A stretch of DNA of 41,960 nt from Hyphochytrium catenoides (Eukaryota > Protista > Hyphochytriomycota), in the NCBI GenBank assembly GCA_900088475.1, contig FLMG01000070.1, positions 1 to 41,960 on the forward strand. Reading direction: 5' to 3'. The notes beneath the pieces are model-generated. The model ran no database searches, was not told the origin of the DNA, and saw nothing but the letters and a program-made list of their open reading frames with translations. Numbering within the stretch: the stretch's first letter is position 1; every line of letters begins with the position of its first letter. The translations under genes were made by a program, and so were the position numbers. Of the stretch, positions 35,001 through 41,960 are shown piece by piece.

Positions 35001-36614
35001 GCAAAGGCCGCTATCCGGGGTTTCCACTACTGCTGGCGCTGTATATTCTTGCGCACTCACAACTTTCGCACTTGTTGCCACGTCGATCTTGCAGAGACCG
35101 CTGCCTCGCAGATCCAGCGGGATTGGTGATTGGAGAAACAACATAAAGATCCTTGCGTTTATCGCTATCCTCGTGAATGTACGGACCTTTAGAGGAGATG
35201 CTAACAGAAAGAACAATATATTGCGAGAGAGAATAACAAAGCCACGAAAAGGGGAAAGGGATTTCGGCGACAGAGATCATCAACTAAGAAGCACACCGCT
35301 AGAATGCAATTCTGTCTTCCCAAGCGGTCCAATGATCGTCCATACTAACCAGCTCTGACTCTACCTTCACCCTCTGCTACTCTGTCACAGATCGCACTGG
35401 TCTTTATCTCTACAGGTGAGCCAGCAACATCAAACTTGACAGATTGGGAAGAGTAATGTGGATTGATGTGAAGGGCTAAGAAAACTATGTCCCGTACTGG
35501 TTGACATATATTTCCTTTAACTTCGATACTTGCTTACGTCATTGTACGTCCGGTGTGGCTCCCTTCACCTCCAGGTTGCCTGGAGTTCTTCATAGTGGAT
35601 TGCGTCGAAGCTATCAAGAAGGATTTCGAAAAGAAGGATAAAACCATGAGGTTGGTCACGATAAACCTAAGCTCTGTCTCACTTTCTGCTGTCTGCCTTA
35701 ACGCAGATGATTTCGCCTCTTTGGAACATGTCTTGGAGGTTGCGTCTACCTCGGTCTCACACCATCTCGCTCTCCCTTTCCCCTTGTAATTCTGACGCTA
35801 ATTGCAGTCAGTTCATTATGGGCCCAAACACAACCTGTGTCTCCTTTACTACTCGCTTGGCGCTTATGATGAGCAGCGAGCATGTGATCGTCGCAGCGGT
35901 GGTGGTAATATCCTAATTCCTCTTTCTCTGCAGACGAAGTTACATTGGTGTCTTAATAGTTGTTCTTGGTGTTGGTGTTCGCTCTCCATCTCTTATGCAC
36001 CACTTCTGCTATTTGCTGCTACTGGTCGCCTTAGCTCGCATCAATCCAGGTTCCCCCTGTGCATCCTTCTATCCCTTGGCTGGAAGATTGACCTCGAACT
36101 TGGCTGTCTCTAGCTCGCTCTGGGCCGGGCAAGTCGCGTACCTGACTGGGTGAGGAAGGCGATAGAACAGAAGGAGCGTAAGTTCAAGAAGATCGTGAAG
36201 GCCAATGTAGGCAAGCTTTCCATCCTAGCTTCTACGCCTCCCAGAAAGGAGACTGGGGAGAGAGGAGGACAGGATGGAGGGCAGCAAAAATCAACTTCTG
36301 GAGCCATGGGAGCCCCCTCCTCTTCTGTACCGGGGAAAACCTACCGGAGGCATTCTGCTCGGTATCCTACTGATGAACGGCAACGGTCTCCAGAGCCTCT
36401 CTTACGCCCTCCCCAGCTTCCTCCTCTTTCTACGAGAGCAACTGGGCAACCCCCAGCACCGAAGGCTGCCAGTGCCACCTCCACCCGTTCGAGGATACGT
36501 GGAATGACCGACGCATTCTCACCCTTCCAACAGGAGGAGAAGGCTGCCGATCTCTCGGCTTCGACGAAAACCCAGCTAGCTAGTGCTTGGAAGGATCAAG
36601 AGGAGGCGGAGTAA
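32090..36614 (+). CDS. Anoctamin/TMEM16-family channel/scramblase (multi-exon, spans the assembly gap)
   Basis: FTAAERIEI, FPVHD, VRHQFGEKVAYYFAF, TEWENYPTEESFEKALIRKLF and YDDFHTITVQFGFTVMFS..WPLMPL..IRADGFRL..RPLPRRSSGIGDW. Start codon is approximate. Confidence 0.9.
32657..32789. other. Assembly gap (133 N)
   Basis: Run of N. Confidence 1.
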
Positions 36615-39600
36615 CGGCAGAGAACGGTTATTCCCCTAGTCGACAAGCCACACAGGCACCAGGCTAACATCGAAGGCAAGTTCGCAAACGTCAATTCTAT
36701 AGAACAGCACGCCACTAGGGTTAGGGTTAGAAGCTTCATTTGATGTGCATCTGGTGAGGACATCAGGATGCGAAGGGACGAATAGCTCGACCCATGCAAC
36801 TGCAGCCTTGTTGGCTTCTTCGTTAGGCTGACGACTTTATCTCCTCGTTCCGCAACTTTCCTTCATCCCCTTCGACCCCTAGATCTGCAATGGCAGTTCT
36901 TAGTGTTAGAAGTACGCTTATTGACTCCGATAATGATACACTCTTAGCGCATATGATCTGGCGCTCTGACCCTGATAACGACTTCTGACGTATCGGACTG
37001 GGTACGAATCAAAGCCCTTCAAAGTCTAGGTCAACACAATCATCCTTTTAAGTTGTCACAATCAGCTTGAAGCTGCTGCATCGCCTGCTCTTGCAGCAAT
37101 AATGGAGCCTTACAGGGGACACGCAAAAGAGGGACGCTTTTGGCATTACCCGTGGATACCGACAGCAGCAGTAGGCCATCGCGATGTCCTGCTTATGGAG
37201 ATAGTCGCGTCTCCATCGATGACAAGGTTTGGCTAATCGTAAGCCGGAGCTCACATGCGTGACTTGACAAGTCTAGATACCAAGTGGCTAACCTCCAACC
37301 TTCGCGAGCGAAAGCATAGCAAGAAGAGAGGTTCTGCACATGACAATGAGTGTTTCGATGTGTTAAGGTTAAGCCAGGAAGACTGATGGAGGTCTTTTGC
37401 AGACCTAGGTGTCTTCACCTTATGACAGTCTCAAGCGGTCATGTCGAGAAGAAGAGACTCCTCTTTAGCCAACAAGACACATAGGAAAACGACCCAAATG
37501 GTAGCCGTAGAGGAGAACTCTATGATCCGTATATGTTACACGCTAGGGCTCACTTCCAAGTCGCCAAAGGAGACCAGCCTGCGGCTGTCCGAGAAGACGT
37601 AGAGAAGAAAAGAGATGCTAGCCATGCTTAGCATTTCTGGTCAGCACAGGCGTACAAGGACCTTTGCGCTTCACCCTTCAAGTGATGGTACGATGGTGCA
37701 AGGGAGATGGAGCTCTGTTGTGCTTGAATACCGAGATCCTCCTGGTCTATAGGAGCTCCCGGCATGCATTCTGCTGGGCTGCGCTGAGGAGAAGTCTGCT
37801 GGGGCACTGACTTTCATCGAATGGAGAGCGCCTGCCAGAGAGTTGTTTACTGCCGATGGCCCCTCTTCTCAGAGATGCTTGCACTGACCTCTGCAGCTTT
37901 TCCCAGAGGACGAGCCACCGCCAATGATCCTTGATGAGGCATCGACAAAGGACATCTCAACGTATCGCCTGTAGGAATTAGCTTCAGAGTGATAAAGATC
38001 AGACATGTCCTTTGGCGATGCCTTAGCAAGGATCATTGATGGAGTCTCTTGGTCTGCATGAGAGCAGGTGTCTAATCAACTATGCCGAACAGCAAGAGCT
38101 CTGCAAAGCTCATCGCCAGCATGACATTGAAAACAGAGGCCGTCCGTCCGCAGCCTACACCATTTTTTGAAATCATTCTTTCTATTGCCAAACTCTCTCT
38201 CACTCGGGACGATGATGAAAGAGCGAAAGGAAAATCACCTCAATTCCAAAGCTGCCCAGTCTCCTCCCGTTAGCGGCAATGCTCGAGTCCGCTAACGCCT
38301 GCAACTTGCTTAGTGTCTTCGATGTGTGGAAGGGAGGAATGGGTGGTCCGAGGCTGTGGGAGCCTGGAAAAGAGAGCGATGAAGATCTGGTACACTTCTG
38401 TCCTTGTGCTCTCGTAGGAATTGGCAACGTCGCCGTTCGCTTTTCATTCACAATTCTTCTTCCCAAAGACGGCACTCATGGTGCTACCAAGCAGTGATGG
38501 GGGTGCCTGAATGGCGGCACGGCCCGGGCTTGGCCCTCAGAGATCGCTAGTGTACCAGGCCCCGACAATGCCTTGAGCCTTGCCTTGGACAGGCCAGTGC
38601 GGACATGCGGGGCCTACATGTGGCTAATTAGATTTGTCCTCTCATTGACCTGCTGAAGTATGCGACAGCGCTAATCCAGCTTTGCTGGTGTGAGATTGAC
38701 GCCGTGATGCCGCCTTCAAGGTAAGAAACCGCTTGTGGAGCATCTGATATTGCTACTTCTGCTAGGTTCTGGTCTCTGTGATGTCTATTTCCATGCTAAT
38801 ACTGCAATAGGCAGATCCTTCGTGGATTTTGCCTATGTGTTGACAGCTTGTTTGACACTGAGAGACTTGTTATCTTCTTCATCGCGACTCTGGCTCTTTC
38901 CGGCCCCGGTGATTGCGTTGCGTGTTCCCTGACCTGTCCACGAAGTGGTCCACTGACTCAATGCTACCGTTCACTAGTCAATCGTTTGGTTTCCAGCGAT
39001 GCTTGGAGTCTGGGCACGCCAGTCTCAAGGTATACATCCTTTTCTGCCTGATGTCCTATATGTGTGTTGGTATGCTGCGGAGATCGGGTGATGCTGAGTA
39101 TTAGTCTTTTTGACAACAAGAGAATGATGAACCATTAACCAGATTCTGACGATCTTCACAGTGGCTTGCTCCCTACCTCTTTCCAGCTTTGTCTTCGGTG
39201 AATGCATGACCCTAACCAACCTTTCTCTCTCTGTTTGACCTCTCACTAGGTAACATTGACGGCTCCGCTAGCACATTGGCATGAGCTCTTCGTGGGCCTG
39301 TTCCGATGTCTCAGCATGTCCTTCTATTTTGGAAAGTGCCAGCTAATATTCCCACAGAAGGTGGAAGGCTGCCTGATGAAGGAGATCCTGAGGCATCTGT
39401 TAGCGCTAACCCTATTGATTAGTAGTCTGGCTTCATGCGCCAGGGCTAGCGAGCATCATGGTACCCTATTAAGCATAGATCATGAAGACTGGTCGGGAGT
39501 TCTCGCTAGGCGTATACTTTCTGAATCGAGGAGTGCGTGCCCTATGTAACCTCTTCAACAAGACTATTCTGACAAATATAACCTATGTCCTCCTTGGCAC

Positions 39601-39688
39601 ATTGATAAAGGCTAGTATACATATGTGCTCTCTGGCTTCTCTCTTTCCTAGGCCAGTTCCCCTGTCCTGTCCTCTCTTTCCTAGCGCC

Positions 39689-41960
39689 TCATCCGGCTTC
39701 AGCCCTCAAAGTCGCCCCAAACTGAGCCAGTGAGTTCACCATGTCTCGGGTGGTCGGTGACACGGATTCATCGTTTCCCATCATATCGCGCATGCGGACT
39801 ACGTAATCGACTAACTCGGGCGGTACCTCAATCTTCACTGGTTGGTTGGGGTCGTTGGCATCTTTTGACATGTTGACATCTCTAAGATTTTTTGCCAGGT
39901 GAGTAAGCACGCCATTCTCACCGAATAGACGGGATTCCGCGACTTCGGGCTTCGCATCTGTGCCGGGCGGTGTGGAGAGAGTGTCGGATGGTATCAGAGA
40001 TGTATCATTGCCGCTTCGTTGTCCCTGAGACTCTTCATTTCCTCCGGCTGCACCCTTATACCGGGGATCCTTAGAATATAATGATAGTGAATCCATCAGC
40101 CCCGGTGCGTCTTTAGGTAAGGGAAGAGTGCTCAGGTCGGCCTCCTCTTCCTTCAGGGTAGAGGAATGTGGGCCGTCAGAGCTCTGGCGCCTGGCACGAG
40201 CGAGAATGCTTTCCATGTCCAGTCTTACTCCCTCGGGATAGTCTCGAGCTACCGCAGCATTAATCAATTGGATGCATTCTTTCCTAATTTTCGGCATCTT
40301 GCCTTTCTGGTTGTGCCACAACTGAAAGGCAGCTGTGATACAGACGACAGTGATCGTCAAGCAAAGTGACGACATACTAGAAATGGAAATGCCAATGGCG
40401 CCGGTCAAAAGAGCCAAGAGAGCAAGTAGAGGTACTATAAGCCTGCGTAGGCTTCCCTCTGACGCGATGGCATCAGGAAAGCTCTGAACGAAGTGTCTTT
40501 CTTCCGGCAATAGGTCGTCCTGGATGTAGCTGAAGGGGTCACCGCTTTTTCTGCTGCTGAGCTTTTCCTTGAGACTTGACTTGATCTCTCCCAGCAGCGC
40601 GTCGCTCCGAGGAAGCGCCTCTGCAAGCTGAAGGTGGAACAGTAGAAATGCCAGCTTCTTATTGACCTGCAGATCATGGATGAGATATGGATTAAAAAGA
40701 AGCATACCCAGAAATCAGATTTAGTTAGCCAGATACAATGCAGGAGGAAGACATTGATCGGGTAGTCTATGCAGTCAGAGGAGAGAGGTTTGAAGTGCAA
40801 GCGAGTAAGAGCAAGATGAGCCAAGAAAGGCTGGGACACGGTGTATCAACCTCGCAGTATCTACTTTCAAGAGATGAGATGATTTACCTGGGACATGCGG
40901 TCAAACATGCTGTCACAATAGTCATAAAGTTCAGAGAATCCTTGAGGATTGCACGCGGCAATTGCACCTGTTGGACACACAGGGTAGAGCACTTAATGAC
41001 CTCACCGACCACTCCTCGTTACTGTTACATCTTACCCCTTGACTCAGCGAAGCATTGAGCAGCTGTGCAGAGTAACGCAGTAGATGCTATGTCATCTTCC
41101 ACTTCTCGTCGTTTCGTACAGCCAGACAAGAGTCCAAAGATCTCCAAAGCATCATCAAGGGGAAGCCTGGCAATATACTCGCGGCCATCAACGATGCGCT
41201 GGAGCGCCTCTACCATGTGCTTTGGTGAGGTGGAAGCGAGATCAAAGACGTCATGGCGAGAGAATGGGCAGCTGGGAGCCGCGTCGTATGAAGTCATTAC
41301 TGACTTGATGAGCCTTACGGTTCACGCTGCAAGTGAGGGACGTTGACTGGCTTGTTAGACTCCAACGGCAGCCAACTTCTTTCAAAAGCTAGAAAGAAAA
41401 ACGCCAATGCTGCCTTTGGGTCAGGGTAAGAGCTTATTCTGGATCATCTAGCTCGTCACTGAGCTACCTCACAGTTGTTGACATCATCGCCAGCAGCAGC
41501 GCGCTGGAGCAACGAGTCGGGGACGATGTAGGTTGTTGCTGGATGACGCCTGCTTGGCAGAAACTTTCTTACTACTCTATCCCCATCCCTAAAGCACAGT
41601 TAGCTGACAGAACACCTGGGAGAGGAAGAGAGGGAAATTCTAACGTCTCGTCTCTGACGGGAAGAAGAACTTTGCGTTCCTTTGTCCTTCCCATCTGTCC
41701 ATCCTCAGCTTCATTGACGTCAAGATCCCTCCGGCCGCCGTCCAACATCTGTTCTTCCTAGACCTAGAGTCAGGGCCAAGCAAAGTGATGCCCTGGATGA
41801 TTGAGAATTGAGAGCTTTGAGGTCTCTTCGTCTCTTCAGAAGAATCAGAATCACAACATAGATCAAAGACAGTTCCCCCAGAACCATTGATTCAGTTATC
41901 AATTGGGCCTCAAGGAAGGGGGTTACACTTTCCTCTTCCTTTCAGTTTCTTGCTCCTCCT
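39689..41960 (-). CDS. Hypothetical multi-exon membrane protein (5' part probably beyond the window)
   Basis: 338-codon terminal ORF with a hydrophobic hairpin (LIVPLLALLALLTGAIGISI..LCLTITVVCITAAFQL) and coding-like upstream exons (41025-41297, about 41640-41760). No family recognised. Confidence 0.6.

Noticed and set aside
1-41960. tRNA, rRNA or prokaryotic operon and defence genes
   Set aside because: No recognisable structural RNA signatures by eye. Spliceosomal introns and coilin/WAVE show the DNA is eukaryotic.

Overview
Eukaryotic genomic DNA with GT-AG introns and CTAAC/CTGAC branch points. It is probably from a protist or microalga, and a stramenopile origin is only an inference. 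There is one assembly gap (32657-32789). The window has two very different halves. LEFT (about 1-18760) is a mostly intron-poor, decaying accessory block in which nearly every gene is truncated or broken by 1-nt frameshifts or in-frame stops. It holds an intact giant-virus-type GIY-YIG/CCHC nuclease, two ankyrin-like relics, an intron-containing Ulp1/SUMO protease and a membrane-anchored trypsin-like protease enclosed by about 170-bp direct repeats. It also holds two large chimeric genes that the ORF track shows only as fragments: Armadillo + 3x CbbX/SpoVK-type AAA+ + coiled coil + Cys/His tail (about 1600 aa), and RING + TRAF-type Zn fingers + coiled coil + BTB + a long pentapeptide array (about 890 aa). 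RIGHT (about 19000-41960) holds ordinary multi-exon host genes: coilin, a WD40-like/coiled-coil/RING protein, a complete SCAR/WAVE with a WCA tail, an anoctamin/TMEM16 whose canonical Ca2+-binding acidic residues look substituted, and a hypothetical membrane protein. The best candidate for a new system is the left block, read as a mobile or virus-associated, ubiquitin/NTPase-rich, immunity-like cargo island. No transposase, integrase, capsid or polymerase is visible, so that reading is an inference.
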